A stretch of DNA of 64,000 nt from Candidatus Latescibacterota bacterium (GTDB lineage: Bacteria; Krumholzibacteriota; Krumholzibacteriia; WVZY01; JAKEHA01), in the NCBI GenBank assembly GCA_963707635.1, contig OY970173.1, forward strand, positions 1,088,001-1,152,000, in the 5' to 3' direction. The notes below the pieces were generated by a model. It had not been told where the DNA came from, did no database searches, and saw only the letters and a program-made list of their open reading frames with translations. Shown in pieces: positions 31,791 through 42,677 of this stretch (the stretch's first letter is position 1; every line of letters begins with the position of its first letter). The position numbers were made by a program, and so were the translations under genes.

Positions 31791-33626
31791 GTGGCAAAAC
31801 CCAAACCGACCCGCAGAAGATCCGAACGCCGCGCCGCGCGGCGGGCCGCCGTCGAGGTGAAGGCGAAGAAGCGCAAACGCCTGCTGGTCGCCGAGCCGGA
31901 GACGCTGCCGCTGTTCGACGACGCGGCCCTGAAGAAGGCCTCGGCGAAGTCCGCATCGAAGGCGGCGAGCCCCGCGCCTAGAAAACCGCGCGCGACGCCC
32001 GCGAAGCCCGTCGAAACCGAGGCGCCCGCGGAGGAATCGAAACCGCCGCGCTCGCGCCGTTCCTCCCAGGGTTCGTACTCCTCCGCCGAAACCATCGCGC
32101 AGAAGCAGCGCGAGATCTCGGTCAGCGAGTTCTTCGCGAAGAACCGCCACATGCTCGGTTTCGACTCGCCGACCCGCGCCCTGCTGACGGCGGTGAAGGA
32201 GGCGGTCGACAACTCGCTCGACGCCTGCGAAGAGGCGGGCCTCGCGCCCGACATCCGGGTCGAGCTCCATGAGCTGGCGGAAGACCGCTACAAGGTGATC
32301 GTCGAAGATTCCGGCCCCGGCATCGTCAAGCAACAGGTGCCGAAGATTTTCGGGAAGCTGCTCTACGGGTCGAAGTTCCACGAACTGCGCCAGTCGCGCG
32401 GCCAGCAGGGGATCGGCATTTCCGCGGCCGTCATGTACTCGCAGCTCACCACCGGCAAGGCGGTGAAGATCACCTCGCGCACGGGCGCGAAGCAGAAGGC
32501 GCACCTGTACGAGCTGCAGATCGACACCAAGAAAAACGCGCCCATCGTCCTGGACGACGGCCCGGTGGAATGGGAGCGCCCGCACGGCACCCGCATCGAG
32601 ATGGAGATGGAAGCCGTCTACCAGAAGGGCAAGCGCTCGGTGGACCAGTACCTCCACCAGGTCGCACTCGCCAACCCGCACGCCGACATTCACTACCTCG
32701 CGCCCAAGTCGGACCCGGTTCACTACGCGCGTCTCTCCGACCAGCTGCCGCCTCCCTCGATGCCCATCAAGCCGCATCCGTACGGCGTCGAGCTGGGCGT
32801 GCTGATCGAGATGATGCAGACCTCGGGCGCGCGCAACGTGGCGGCGTTTCTCTCGCACGAGTTCTCGCGCATGAGCCCGAAGATCGCGCAGGAAGTCCTG
32901 CAGATCGCGGGCGTGCCGGTGTCGACCAAGCCCGGGCGCGTCACCCGCGACCAGGCCGAGGCGATCATCAAGGCCTTCCCGCAGGTAAAAATCATGCGCC
33001 CGCCCACCGACTGCCTCTCGGTGGTGGGGGAAGATCTCCTGGTCAAGAGCCTCCAGCGCGAGATCACCGCGTCGTTCTACACCGCCGTCACACGACCGCC
33101 CACCGTGTACCGCGGCAATCCGTTCCAGATCGAAGCCGCGCTCGCCTACGGCGGCAGCGAAATGCCCGGCGACGAGATCGTCCAGCTCTACCGCTTTGCG
33201 AACCGCGCGCCGCTGATCTACCAGCAGAGCGCGTGCGCCATCACCCACGCGGTCATGAACACGGCGTGGAAGTCGTACGGGATCGAACAGAGCCGCGGCG
33301 CGCTCCCCACCGGCCCCATGATCATCATGGTGCAGATCGCGAGCGTGTGGGTGCCGTTCACCTCCGAGAGCAAGGAGGCGGTCGCCCACTACGACGACAT
33401 CATCAAGGAGATCAAGCTGACGCTGCAGGAGTGCGGACGCCGGCTGGGCGCGTTCATTAGACGCGGCGCGCGCGAGCGCGACGAGATGAAGAAACGCTCC
33501 TACATCGAGAAGTACATCCCGCACATCGGCATCGCGCTCCAGGAAATCCTGGGCATCTCCGAGGCCGAGGAGAAGAAGATCGTGGAGACGCTCGAGGACA
33601 CGCTGGAGCGAAGCCGAAAGCTATAA
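31791..33626 (+). CDS. top6B: DNA topoisomerase VI subunit B
   Basis: [61 protein letters not shown]; ~95-aa Lys/Ala/Pro-rich N-terminal extension. Confidence 0.95.
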   Translation: MAKPKPTRRRSERRAARRAAVEVKAKKRKRLLVAEPETLPLFDDAALKKASAKSASKAASPAPRKPRATPAKPVETEAPAEESKPPRSRRSSQGSYSSAETIAQKQREISVSEFFAKNRHMLGFDSPTRALLTAVKEAVDNSLDACEEAGLAPDIRVELHELAEDRYKVIVEDSGPGIVKQQVPKIFGKLLYGSKFHELRQSRGQQGIGISAAVMYSQLTTGKAVKITSRTGAKQKAHLYELQIDTKKNAPIVLDDGPVEWERPHGTRIEMEMEAVYQKGKRSVDQYLHQVALANPHADIHYLAPKSDPVHYARLSDQLPPPSMPIKPHPYGVELGVLIEMMQTSGARNVAAFLSHEFSRMSPKIAQEVLQIAGVPVSTKPGRVTRDQAEAIIKAFPQVKIMRPPTDCLSVVGEDLLVKSLQREITASFYTAVTRPPTVYRGNPFQIEAALAYGGSEMPGDEIVQLYRFANRAPLIYQQSACAITHAVMNTAWKSYGIEQSRGALPTGPMIIMVQIASVWVPFTSESKEAVAHYDDIIKEIKLTLQECGRRLGAFIRRGARERDEMKKRSYIEKYIPHIGIALQEILGISEAEEKKIVETLEDTLERSRKL

Positions 33627-33636
33627 GGAGAACGCG

Positions 33637-34725
33637 ATGTCGTCTGGCAAAGTCTCCAAGAAGATCAAAGACGAAGCGGCGCGCGTGAAGACCGCCATCG
33701 TTGAGCGCAAGAAGCCTTCGATGAAGTTTCCGCTGCGCGCGCTCACCAACGTCAAGTACCAGCCCAAGGTCGGCTACCTCGAGATGAAGGGGAAGACCAA
33801 GGAGCGCACACTGACCGTCAACACGGTCAAGACCTTCGCGCAGACGCTGCGCATGATGGCGCTCTCCAAGCAGCTGGTCGACACCGACGACATCGCCACC
33901 AAGCGAGAGGCGTACTACGTCTCCAAGAACTGGGACGACGCGCGTTTCGACGAGCAGCCCGAGAGCGACACGGTCATGGACGACGTGGAGGCGCTCTTCG
34001 GGTTGAACCGCGAGCAGCTCGGCTTCATCCCGGAGGAAAAAGGCGGCGAGATCGCGGGCAAACTCATCATCGTCGACAAGGACCGCGACACCGGCAAGCC
34101 GCTGCGCATCGACTGCACCAAGTTCGGCAGCGGCGCGTATTCGATTCCGATCACCGTCGAGCACCTCGAGTTCGAGACCGACGCGAAGTTCATCCTGGTG
34201 ATCGAGACCGCCGGCATGTTCCAGCGGCTGGTGAAGCACAACTACTGGAAGTCGGCCAACTGCATCCTGGTCTCGATGGGGGGCGTGCCCACGCGCGCGT
34301 GCCGGCGCTTCATTCGCCGGCTCTCCGACGAGAAGAAGCTCCCCGTATACGTGTTCGTCGACGGCGACCCGTACGGGATCAGTAACATTTACCGCACCCT
34401 CAAGGTCGGAAGCGGCAACGCGGCGCACTTGAACGAATTCTTCTGCGTGCCGCAGGCGCGTTTTCTCGGGATCACGCCGCAGGATATCGTCGAGTACAAG
34501 CTGCCTACCCACCCGCTGAAGGACGTGGACATCAAGCGCGCCAAGGACGCGCTCAAGACCGACCCCTTCTTCCTCCACCACAAGGCCTGGCAGGACGCGA
34601 TCAACCAGCTGGTCGGGATGGGCGTCCGCGCGGAGCAGCAGGCGCTGGCCAAGCACGGGCTCAACTACGTGATCGACGAATACCTCCCCGAGAAGCTCAA
34701 GCACCCGGAGCGGTTCCTGCCGTAG
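33637..34725 (+). CDS. top6A: DNA topoisomerase VI subunit A (Spo11 family)
   Basis: TKREAYY catalytic Tyr, EQPESD, toprim VIET and DGDPYG, AEQQAL; AAGGAG RBS. Confidence 0.95.
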   Translation: MSSGKVSKKIKDEAARVKTAIVERKKPSMKFPLRALTNVKYQPKVGYLEMKGKTKERTLTVNTVKTFAQTLRMMALSKQLVDTDDIATKREAYYVSKNWDDARFDEQPESDTVMDDVEALFGLNREQLGFIPEEKGGEIAGKLIIVDKDRDTGKPLRIDCTKFGSGAYSIPITVEHLEFETDAKFILVIETAGMFQRLVKHNYWKSANCILVSMGGVPTRACRRFIRRLSDEKKLPVYVFVDGDPYGISNIYRTLKVGSGNAAHLNEFFCVPQARFLGITPQDIVEYKLPTHPLKDVDIKRAKDALKTDPFFLHHKAWQDAINQLVGMGVRAEQQALAKHGLNYVIDEYLPEKLKHPERFLP

Positions 34726-34853
34726 GCGAGGCCGCGGCCGACGGAAATGCTTGCCACGGCGCACCCCTGACGCGGTAGACTCCGCGTCACGCCGTTCGGG
34801 CGCGCGTGCCGTGCGGGCACGCCCGTGTTGCGTCGACCGGAGGGAGACCCCGG

Positions 34854-36614
34854 GTGCTCAAGGACATCCTCCGAACCAAGAACATCGCGCACATCCTGGC
34901 CACGGCCGACGGCCACGATTCGCTCAAGCGCACGCTCGGACCCGTGCAGCTCACGCTGCTCGGCATCGGCGCCATCATCGGCGCCGGGATTTTTTCCACC
35001 GTAGGCACCGCCGCCGCCGGCGGCGCGTCCCACAGCGGCGCCGGGCCGGCGCTGATACTCTCCTTCGTCCTCACCGCGATCACCTGCGGGTTCGCCGCGC
35101 TCTGCTACGCCGAGTTCGCCTCGATGGTGCCGATCGCCGGTTCCGCCTACACCTACGCTTACGCCACGCTGGGCGAATTCATCGCGTGGATCATCGGCTG
35201 GGACCTCATCATCGAATACGCGGTGGGAAACGTCGCGGTCGCGATCTCGTGGTCGGGGTACTTCCAGGAATTGCTGCGCGTGGTCGGTCTCCACATGCCG
35301 GACTGGCTCGGCATCGATTACCGCAGCGCCGCGCAGGCCGCCGCGCAGGTGAAGACGGCGATGGCCGGCGGTCCCGAGGCGCTGGAGGCGCTCGGCACGG
35401 CGACGCTGCGCGCCGGGCAGGCCTTCGGGCACGCGCCGCGTCTTTTCGACGTGCCCATTGTGTTCAACCTGCCCGCGGTGGCGATCGTGGCCGTCATCAC
35501 CTGGATTCTGGTGATCGGTATCCGCGAGAGCGCGTGGTTCAACACCACCATGGTGGTGCTCAAGCTCGCCATAATCGCTTTCTTCGTGGTCTTCGGCGCG
35601 TTCTTCGTCGACCCGGAGAACTGGCACCCCTTCGCCCCGAACGGCTCGGCGGGCGTATTCTCCGCGGCCGCGATCATTTTCTTCGCCTACATCGGATTCG
35701 ACGCGGTATCCACCGCGGCGGAAGAAACGAAGAATCCAAAGCGCGACATGCCGATCGCGATCATCGCCAGCCTGGTGGTGTGCACGATTATCTACATGGC
35801 GGTGGCGGTCGTGCTGACCGGCATGCTGCCGTGGCAGCAGCTGGGCACCGCGGAGCCGCTCGCGACGGCGTTCTCCGGCCGCGGGATGGTGTGGCCGACG
35901 CTGGTCATCGCCCTCGGCGCCGTGTTCGCGACCACGTCGGTGCTGATCGTGTTCCAGCTCGGACAGCCGCGCATCTTCTTCTCGATGGCGCGCGACGGGT
36001 TGCTGCCCAAGTGGGCCGCCGGCGTCCACTCGAAGTATCGGACCCCGCACGTGACCACTATCGTCACCGGCGTCGTCGTCGGGGTGCTCTCCGCGGTGGC
36101 GAACATCAATGAGGTCGTGGAGCTGACGAACATCGGGACGTTGTTCGCGTTCGTGCTGGTGTGCATCGGCGTGACCGTACTCCGGCTGCAGGAACCGGAG
36201 CGCGAGCGCCCGTTTCGCGTGCCGATGGGGCCCTGGCTGCTCCCGTCGCTGGGAGTCCTCTCGTGCGTGTTTCTCATGATCCACCTGCCGCCGGCGTCGT
36301 GGTGGCGCTTCATCGGGTGGCTGGTGCTGGGGATGTCGGTGTACTTCTCCTTCGGCTACAACCACAGCGCGATCGGCCGCGCGGCGGGCCGGCCGCTGAC
36401 CGCGTCGCCGGTGCAGCGCGCGGTGGCGATCGGGTTTCTCCTTGCGGGGGTGGGGTTGTTCGTGATTCCGCACAACGCGGGACCGGGCGAGCTCGCGCGG
36501 CTCGCGGCGGAGTCGAACGTACGCACGATCGCCGGTTTGCTCATGATCTTCGTGGGGTTGGTCGCCGCGAGTGCAGCCGGGTTCCGCCTGGGTACGGGAC
36601 GCGGTAACGGGTAG
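34854..36614 (+). CDS. APC-family amino acid permease
   Basis: GIGAIIGAGIF, CYAEFASMVPIAGSAYTY, AYIGFDAVSTAAEE, RIFFSMARDGLLP. Confidence 0.93.
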   Translation: MLKDILRTKNIAHILATADGHDSLKRTLGPVQLTLLGIGAIIGAGIFSTVGTAAAGGASHSGAGPALILSFVLTAITCGFAALCYAEFASMVPIAGSAYTYAYATLGEFIAWIIGWDLIIEYAVGNVAVAISWSGYFQELLRVVGLHMPDWLGIDYRSAAQAAAQVKTAMAGGPEALEALGTATLRAGQAFGHAPRLFDVPIVFNLPAVAIVAVITWILVIGIRESAWFNTTMVVLKLAIIAFFVVFGAFFVDPENWHPFAPNGSAGVFSAAAIIFFAYIGFDAVSTAAEETKNPKRDMPIAIIASLVVCTIIYMAVAVVLTGMLPWQQLGTAEPLATAFSGRGMVWPTLVIALGAVFATTSVLIVFQLGQPRIFFSMARDGLLPKWAAGVHSKYRTPHVTTIVTGVVVGVLSAVANINEVVELTNIGTLFAFVLVCIGVTVLRLQEPERERPFRVPMGPWLLPSLGVLSCVFLMIHLPPASWWRFIGWLVLGMSVYFSFGYNHSAIGRAAGRPLTASPVQRAVAIGFLLAGVGLFVIPHNAGPGELARLAAESNVRTIAGLLMIFVGLVAASAAGFRLGTGRGNG

Positions 36615-36626
36615 AACCCGCGAACG

Positions 36627-38306
36627 ATGTCGCTGACGCTTCTCGCCATCGCGTTCATGGTGCTGCTGGTCTCGGCGTACCGTCTCTACGGCGGGTGGGT
36701 GGCGCGGCGCTTTACCCTCGACGACACGCGCGCCACGCCGGCGCACCGCCGCGCCGACAACATCGACTTCGTTCCCACTCGCCCGTTCTATCTCTTCGCC
36801 CAGCACTTCTCCGCGATTGCGGCGGCGGGTCCGATCGCGGGGCCGATTCTCGCCTGCCAGTCGTTCGGGTGGTTGCCGTGCCTGATCTGGATCAGCCTCG
36901 GCGTGGTCCTGATCGGGGCGGTGCACGACTTCTCCACGCTGATCGCCAGCGTGCGACACGGCGGGCGCTCGATCGCCGAGATCGCGCGCGAGCACCTGGG
37001 CACCCGCGCCGGCCGTGCGCTCATGATCTTCATCTGGCTCGCGCTCATTTATGTGATTGTGGCTTTCGCGGACATTACCGCGGCGTCATTCGTGGTCGGC
37101 ACGGAGGAGTTGCAGCAGGGCAGCGTGTCGTTTAACCCCGGCGGCGCGGTAGCCGCGGCAAGCGTGATGTACCTGGCCCTCGCCGTGCTCCTGGGGTTGG
37201 TGCAGCGCTTCCTGAAGCCGTCGCTGTGGCTGGTCACGATCCTATTCGTCCCGGCGACGTTTGGTGTCGCGTGGCTCGGCACGTACACGTCGCACGCTCT
37301 CGTCCTTGATCACCGCACGTGGGGGCTGCTGATACTCGGCTACTGCTGCGTGGCGTCGGTCGTGCCGGTGTGGGCGCTGCTCCAACCGCGCGGATACCTC
37401 GGCGGTTTCGTCCTCTACAGCGCGATCCTGGTGGGCGTGATCGGGCTCCTCTTCGGCGGCTACCACGTGAAGCAGCCCGCGTTCAAGGGCTGGGAAGTGG
37501 GCGGGATGACCGGAACCCTGTTCCCATTCCTGTTCGTGACCATCGCCTGCGGCGCGTGCTCTGGATTCCACGGCCTGGTGTGCTCGGGGACGACGTCGAA
37601 GCAGGTCGAGAAGGAATCCCACACCCACGCGATCGGGTATGGCGCGATGCTGGCGGAGGGGTTCGTGGCGTTGATCGCGCTGGTCACCATCATGATCGCG
37701 ACCCCGGAGGACGTCAAAGGGCTGGCGCCGGGGACGATCTACGGCAACGGGATCGGAAAGTTCCTGACCCTCTTGATCGGCGAGGAGCGCCTTCCATTTG
37801 CGATCACTTTCGGCGCGATGGCGTTCTCGACCTTCGTGTTCGACACCCTGGACGTATCGATGCGCCTCGGTCGCTATCTCCTGCAGGAGCTGTTCGGCTG
37901 GCGGGGTCGTGCGGGTGCACTCGTCGGGACACTCGCGACGGTGGCGATGCCGGCGTGCTTCCTCGCTTTTGGTGAGCGAGGCAGCTGGCTCAAGTTCTGG
38001 ACCCTCTTCGGAGCGTCCAACCAGCTGCTGGCGGCGCTGTCGCTGCTCGTGATCACGGTATGGCTGCACCAGGCGCGGCAGCGGATCGCGTTTACGCTGC
38101 TCCCGATGCTGTTCGTGCTCACGATCACGCTGTGGTCGTTGACCCGGCTCACGATCGCCAATTTCGCGGCGGCGAACGGGGTCGACATCGCTTTTTTCAA
38201 CGCCGTCTCCGCGCTGGCGCTGACCCTGCTGGCGCTCTATCTGGTGGTGAGCGCGGTGATACGGGTGCGCGAGGAGCGCGCGACGACCCTGGTCCCGGAG
38301 CCATGA
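36627..38306 (+). CDS. cstA: Carbon starvation protein A family transporter
   Basis: HFSAIAAAGPIAGP, GAVHDF, LLQPRGYL, TIACGACSGFHGL, FGASNQLLA. Confidence 0.92.
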   Translation: MSLTLLAIAFMVLLVSAYRLYGGWVARRFTLDDTRATPAHRRADNIDFVPTRPFYLFAQHFSAIAAAGPIAGPILACQSFGWLPCLIWISLGVVLIGAVHDFSTLIASVRHGGRSIAEIAREHLGTRAGRALMIFIWLALIYVIVAFADITAASFVVGTEELQQGSVSFNPGGAVAAASVMYLALAVLLGLVQRFLKPSLWLVTILFVPATFGVAWLGTYTSHALVLDHRTWGLLILGYCCVASVVPVWALLQPRGYLGGFVLYSAILVGVIGLLFGGYHVKQPAFKGWEVGGMTGTLFPFLFVTIACGACSGFHGLVCSGTTSKQVEKESHTHAIGYGAMLAEGFVALIALVTIMIATPEDVKGLAPGTIYGNGIGKFLTLLIGEERLPFAITFGAMAFSTFVFDTLDVSMRLGRYLLQELFGWRGRAGALVGTLATVAMPACFLAFGERGSWLKFWTLFGASNQLLAALSLLVITVWLHQARQRIAFTLLPMLFVLTITLWSLTRLTIANFAAANGVDIAFFNAVSALALTLLALYLVVSAVIRVREERATTLVPEP

Positions 38307-38329
38307 GACGGGAAGGCACGACTATTGCT

Positions 38330-38359
38330 TTGACAGGTTTGGGCGATCGCGCCTATATT
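38330..38359 (+). promoter_or_regulatory. Sigma70-like promoter of the desaturase gene
   Basis: TTGACA-18 nt-TATATT. Confidence 0.6.
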
Positions 38360-38429
38360 GAGAATACGGGTTGCTCACACGCGGTGAAGGACCCCTTGGC
38401 AGTGCTGCACGAAAAGAGTTGACTCCCTC

Positions 38430-39524
38430 ATGAACACAGTCGAGAAACCCGCGCCCAGCGGCTCAAGAGCGCCAGCGTGGTTGAAAGCGGTCGCGAATTA
38501 TCGCCGACCCCACCACGGCCGGAGCGCCTGGCAGCTCATCAACACGCTGGGCCCCTACTTCCTCACCTGGTACCTGATGATTCGATCGCTCGAGGTCTCC
38601 TACTGGCTGACCCTGGCGATTATCCCGATCGCGTCCGGATTCCTGATCCGCTCGTTCATTATTTCACACGATTGCGGCCACGGTGCGTTCTTCCGTTCGC
38701 GCCGGGCAAACACGATCACGGGCACGCTGACGGCCCTGCTCGCGTTCACCCCCTACGACCAGTGGCGCCACGAGCACGCGGTCCATCACGCCTCGGGCGG
38801 CGACCTCGACAACCGCGGCATCGGCGATATCTGGACCATGACCATCGTCGAATACATGCAGTCGCCGCGTCTGCGGCGCTTCCGCTACCGGCTCCATCGC
38901 AGCCCGTGGGTGATGCTCACCATCGGCCCGTTGCTTCAATTCGTGGTCCTGCAGCGGTTCGCGCGCCGCAAGATGACGCGGCGGGAGCACTGGAGCATCC
39001 ACCAGACCAACCTGATGATCTTCGCCGTCGCCACCGTGATGTGCCTGACCGTCGGCTGGCAGGCGTACCTGATGATCCAGTTGCCGGTGATGTTCCTCGC
39101 CGGCGTGATCGGTGTGTGGCTCTTCTACGTGCAGCACCAGTTCGAAGGTGTGCAGTGGGCGCGCCACGAGAAGTGGGATTTTGCGACTGGCGCCGTGGAC
39201 GGGAGTTCGTTCTACCGGTTGCCGCGCTGGCTCCAGTGGATCACCGGCAGCATCGGCTACCATCACATCCATCATTTGAGCCCGAAGATCCCGAACTACT
39301 ACCTGGAGAAGTGCTACAAGGAAAACGCGCTCTTCCAGAAGGTGAAGAGCATCACGCTGCGCACGAGCCTGAAGTCGCTCACGTTCCGGCTCTGGGACGA
39401 GGAGTTGCAGCAGCTGGTCGGGTTCCGGGGCCTCTCCGAGTACCGCAAGCGCCACGGCTTGCCACCCGGCGACCTGGCCTTCGACACGGTGCGCGTGAAC
39501 CCAAACGTCCGGCCCGGGTTCTAG
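38430..39524 (+). CDS. Membrane fatty acid desaturase (Bacillus Des-like)
   Basis: His boxes HDCGH, HAVHH, HHIHH; FYVQHQFE. Confidence 0.92.
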   Translation: MNTVEKPAPSGSRAPAWLKAVANYRRPHHGRSAWQLINTLGPYFLTWYLMIRSLEVSYWLTLAIIPIASGFLIRSFIISHDCGHGAFFRSRRANTITGTLTALLAFTPYDQWRHEHAVHHASGGDLDNRGIGDIWTMTIVEYMQSPRLRRFRYRLHRSPWVMLTIGPLLQFVVLQRFARRKMTRREHWSIHQTNLMIFAVATVMCLTVGWQAYLMIQLPVMFLAGVIGVWLFYVQHQFEGVQWARHEKWDFATGAVDGSSFYRLPRWLQWITGSIGYHHIHHLSPKIPNYYLEKCYKENALFQKVKSITLRTSLKSLTFRLWDEELQQLVGFRGLSEYRKRHGLPPGDLAFDTVRVNPNVRPGF

Positions 39525-39567
39525 CCTGGCGTACTTCCGCACGTCGGTCCTTCGGGTCGCACGCCCA

Positions 39568-40551
39568 ATGATCCGCAGATCATGGCTCACCCTCGCCGTG
39601 CTCGCCGCCGCGGGGAGTACATCGCCTGGGCGCGCCACCACGCCGCGGTGGAGCGAGACCGTCGTCGTCCGCGGGCAGTTCGGCGCCGCACCCGAGCAGT
39701 TCGGACGCTCCGGCATCGAGACCAGCAAGAAGACGCTGCGTCTGGTCACCTGCTTCGCGGCCAACCCCCGCCACATCGCCGTCCACGACCGCGTCAAGAA
39801 AGATGTAAAGGTGTTCGCGCCCACCGGCGCCTTCGAGGAAGCGTTCCCGCTCATTTTGAAGGAGAGTTCGCGGCCGGACACGGTGCGGGCGCGCGACATC
39901 GCGCTCGACGCCGACGTCCTCTACGTGCTGGTCGACGAGAACGACGGCGGCAAGTCGATCCCGGCGACGATGCGCGTGGCGACGTTCGACGTCGAATCGG
40001 GCGCGTGCACGGGAGTCACGGTGATCGAGACCGCCCGGCTCGCGCAGGCGGGGACACCCACCGCGCGCGGCGCGGACGCGTTCGTAATCCATCCGAACGG
40101 GCCGCGCCTGTGGATCTTCGACACGCTGCGGCAGTTGAGTTTCGAAGTCGTTTCCCAGGGACCGTCGCATTTGAGCGATCGCCCGGTGTTCGGATGGGGC
40201 GGGACGACACGCGTGCGCACCGACGACAACGCCTCGACAATCAACCTGCTCGACGCCGAGGGGAAGCTGACGCGCCGCATCCCGGGATCGGGCGTGCTGG
40301 TTGCGGTCTCGCAGGACGGAGACGCCTTTGCCGTGCTCCAGACGGCGGGCGGGGCGGACTGGGTGGTCGCCGTGTTCAGCGCCGAGGGGGACCCGATCGG
40401 GACTGCGCCGCGGCCGAACCGCTCGTGGAAGCCGTTCAAGGCGCCGGTCATGGAGCGCAAGTACGAAGTCGTCGAGACGCCGGCGGGCGCAGAGCTCTAC
40501 GAGTTGTACGCCGGCACAGACGGCGTGCGGGTCGTCCGGTGGGGACGCTGA
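39568..40551 (+). CDS. Secreted hypothetical protein, possibly beta-propeller
   Basis: Signal-like N-terminus, short beta-strand repeats. Confidence 0.6.
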   Translation: MIRRSWLTLAVLAAAGSTSPGRATTPRWSETVVVRGQFGAAPEQFGRSGIETSKKTLRLVTCFAANPRHIAVHDRVKKDVKVFAPTGAFEEAFPLILKESSRPDTVRARDIALDADVLYVLVDENDGGKSIPATMRVATFDVESGACTGVTVIETARLAQAGTPTARGADAFVIHPNGPRLWIFDTLRQLSFEVVSQGPSHLSDRPVFGWGGTTRVRTDDNASTINLLDAEGKLTRRIPGSGVLVAVSQDGDAFAVLQTAGGADWVVAVFSAEGDPIGTAPRPNRSWKPFKAPVMERKYEVVETPAGAELYELYAGTDGVRVVRWGR

Positions 40552-40599
40552 AGAAGCACCAATTGACCGTCTCGCGCGGGCTGTGCTAGACAAAAGGCG

Positions 40600-40836
40600 A
40601 TGATGAAGTTTCTCAAGCTCATCTGGCGCGGGTGGATGAAGTTCGCCCACGTGCTCGGGTGGATCAACACCCGGATCCTGCTGACCATCTCCTACTTCGT
40701 CGTCTTCGCCATCGCCTGGATCGGCACCCAGTTCTCTCGCGCCGACCTGCTGGACAAGCGGCCGGGCAAGCCGGTCCACTATCACGATCGCCAGCCCTTC
40801 AAGGACACGCTCGCGAGCTGCCGGCGGCAGTTCTGA
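40600..40836 (+). CDS. SxtJ-family small membrane protein
   Basis: WMKFAHVLGWINTRILLTISYFVVF...RQF. Confidence 0.8.
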   Translation: MMKFLKLIWRGWMKFAHVLGWINTRILLTISYFVVFAIAWIGTQFSRADLLDKRPGKPVHYHDRQPFKDTLASCRRQF

Positions 40837-40851
40837 AGCGGCGCCCGACCC

Positions 40852-42588
40852 ATGCATATCCTCGGCATTTCGTGCTTCTACCACGACGCGGCCGCCTGCC
40901 TGCTCAAGGACGGCGAGATCATCGCGGCCGCGCAGGAAGAACGCTTCACGCGCATCCGGCACGACCAGGATTTCCCGATCCATGCTATCCGGTACTGCCT
41001 CAAGCACGCGGGCATCACCATCGAGCAGGTGGACTACGTCGGTTTCTACGACAAGCCGTTCATCAAGTTCGAGCGCATCCTCTATACCTACATGGCGACG
41101 TGGCCGCGTTCGTTCCCGTCGTTCATCAAGGCGATGCCGGTGTGGATGAAAAAGAAGCTCTGGATTCCGCAGATGATCAAGAAGGAGCTGAAGTACGACG
41201 GCGATGTCCTGATGGTCGAGCACCACCTCTCGCACGCGGCGAGCAGCTTCCTCGTGTCACCGTACCAGGAGGCCGCCATCGTCACCGTCGACGGGGTCGG
41301 CGAATGGGCGACGTCGACCATCTGCAAGGGCGTGGGGAACGACATCACCATCCTCAAGGAGACCCGCTTCCCGCACTCGCTGGGGCTGCTCTACAGCGCG
41401 TACACGTACTACCTGGGCTTCAAGGTGAACAGCGCCGAGTACAAGGTCATGGGGCTGGCGCCATACGGAGAGCCGAAGTACGTCGACAAGGTGCGCGAGA
41501 CCATCTCCTACGGGGAGGACGGCTCGTTCAAGATGAACATGACGTACTTCGCCTACGACTACGGGCTGGAGATGACGAACCGCCGCTTCGAGAAGTTGTT
41601 CGGCCAGCCCAAGCGCGACCCGGAGTCCAAGCTCGAGCAGTTCCACAAGGACGTCGCGATGAGCGTGCAGGTGGTCACCGAGGAGATCGTGCTGCGGATG
41701 GTGCGCCACGCGTACGAGCTGACCGGGAGCAAGAACCTGTGCATGGCGGGAGGCGTCGCGCTCAACTGCGTGGCCAACGGCCGCGTCATCAAGGAGACGC
41801 CGTACCGGGACGTGTTCATCCAGCCGGCGGCCGGCGACGCCGGCGGCGCCGTCGGGGTGGCCACCTACATCTATCACACCGTGCTCGGCCACGAGCGCAA
41901 ATGGCAGTGGGAGCATGCCTACCTGGGACCCGAGTACCACACCGACGAAATCCGGGACTATCTGAAGAACAACGACATCGTTTTCCATGAGCTCTCCGAG
42001 GATGGAATGATCGACGCCACCGTGCAGGCGATGGTGGATCAGAAGACCGTCGGGTGGTTCCAGGGCCGGATGGAGTTCGGGCCGCGGGCACTCGGGAGCC
42101 GCTCGATCATCGCGGACGCGCGCAACCCGGAGAACAAGAGCGTCGTCAATTTGAAGATCAAGTTCCGCGAATCGTTCCGGCCCTTCGCGCCGTCCGTGCT
42201 GGAAGAGAAGTGCAGCGAGTGGTTCGAGCTGGATGTGCCGAGTCCGTACATGCTGCTGGTCGCGGACGTTCGGGAGGGCAAGCGAACGATTCCGTCGGTG
42301 ACGCACGTGGACAATTCCGCGCGCATCCAGACCGTGGATCCGAAATCGAGCCCGCGCTACTACCAGCTCATCAAGCGTTTCGACGAGAAGACCGGCTGCC
42401 CGCTCATCATTAATACCTCGTTCAACGTGCGCGGCGAACCCATCGTGTGCACGCCGCACGAAGCGTACCTCTGCTTCATGCGCACCAACATGGACGTGCT
42501 GGTGATGGATCGGTTCGTCCTGTACAAGCCCGACCAGAAGCCGCTCAAGGAAGACGTGGACTGGCGGACGCTGTTCGCGCTCGACTAG
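40852..42588 (+). CDS. NodU/CmcH-family O-carbamoyltransferase
   Basis: ILGISCFYHDAAA, AAQEERFTR, EHHLSHAAS, GDAGGA, EFGPRALG.RS, NTSFNVRGEPIV. Confidence 0.95.
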   Translation: MHILGISCFYHDAAACLLKDGEIIAAAQEERFTRIRHDQDFPIHAIRYCLKHAGITIEQVDYVGFYDKPFIKFERILYTYMATWPRSFPSFIKAMPVWMKKKLWIPQMIKKELKYDGDVLMVEHHLSHAASSFLVSPYQEAAIVTVDGVGEWATSTICKGVGNDITILKETRFPHSLGLLYSAYTYYLGFKVNSAEYKVMGLAPYGEPKYVDKVRETISYGEDGSFKMNMTYFAYDYGLEMTNRRFEKLFGQPKRDPESKLEQFHKDVAMSVQVVTEEIVLRMVRHAYELTGSKNLCMAGGVALNCVANGRVIKETPYRDVFIQPAAGDAGGAVGVATYIYHTVLGHERKWQWEHAYLGPEYHTDEIRDYLKNNDIVFHELSEDGMIDATVQAMVDQKTVGWFQGRMEFGPRALGSRSIIADARNPENKSVVNLKIKFRESFRPFAPSVLEEKCSEWFELDVPSPYMLLVADVREGKRTIPSVTHVDNSARIQTVDPKSSPRYYQLIKRFDEKTGCPLIINTSFNVRGEPIVCTPHEAYLCFMRTNMDVLVMDRFVLYKPDQKPLKEDVDWRTLFALD

Positions 42589-42677
42589 CACCCTGCTCCC
42601 GTCGGCTTGCGGCGTCTCGACGCCGTGTGATACCCTCCCGTTTTCGATTCCACATTTCAAGACCCGGAGGATTTGTC

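Noticed and set aside
40600..42588. Saxitoxin biosynthesis
   Set aside because: No sxtA or sxtG core genes in the window; this pair is widespread on its own.
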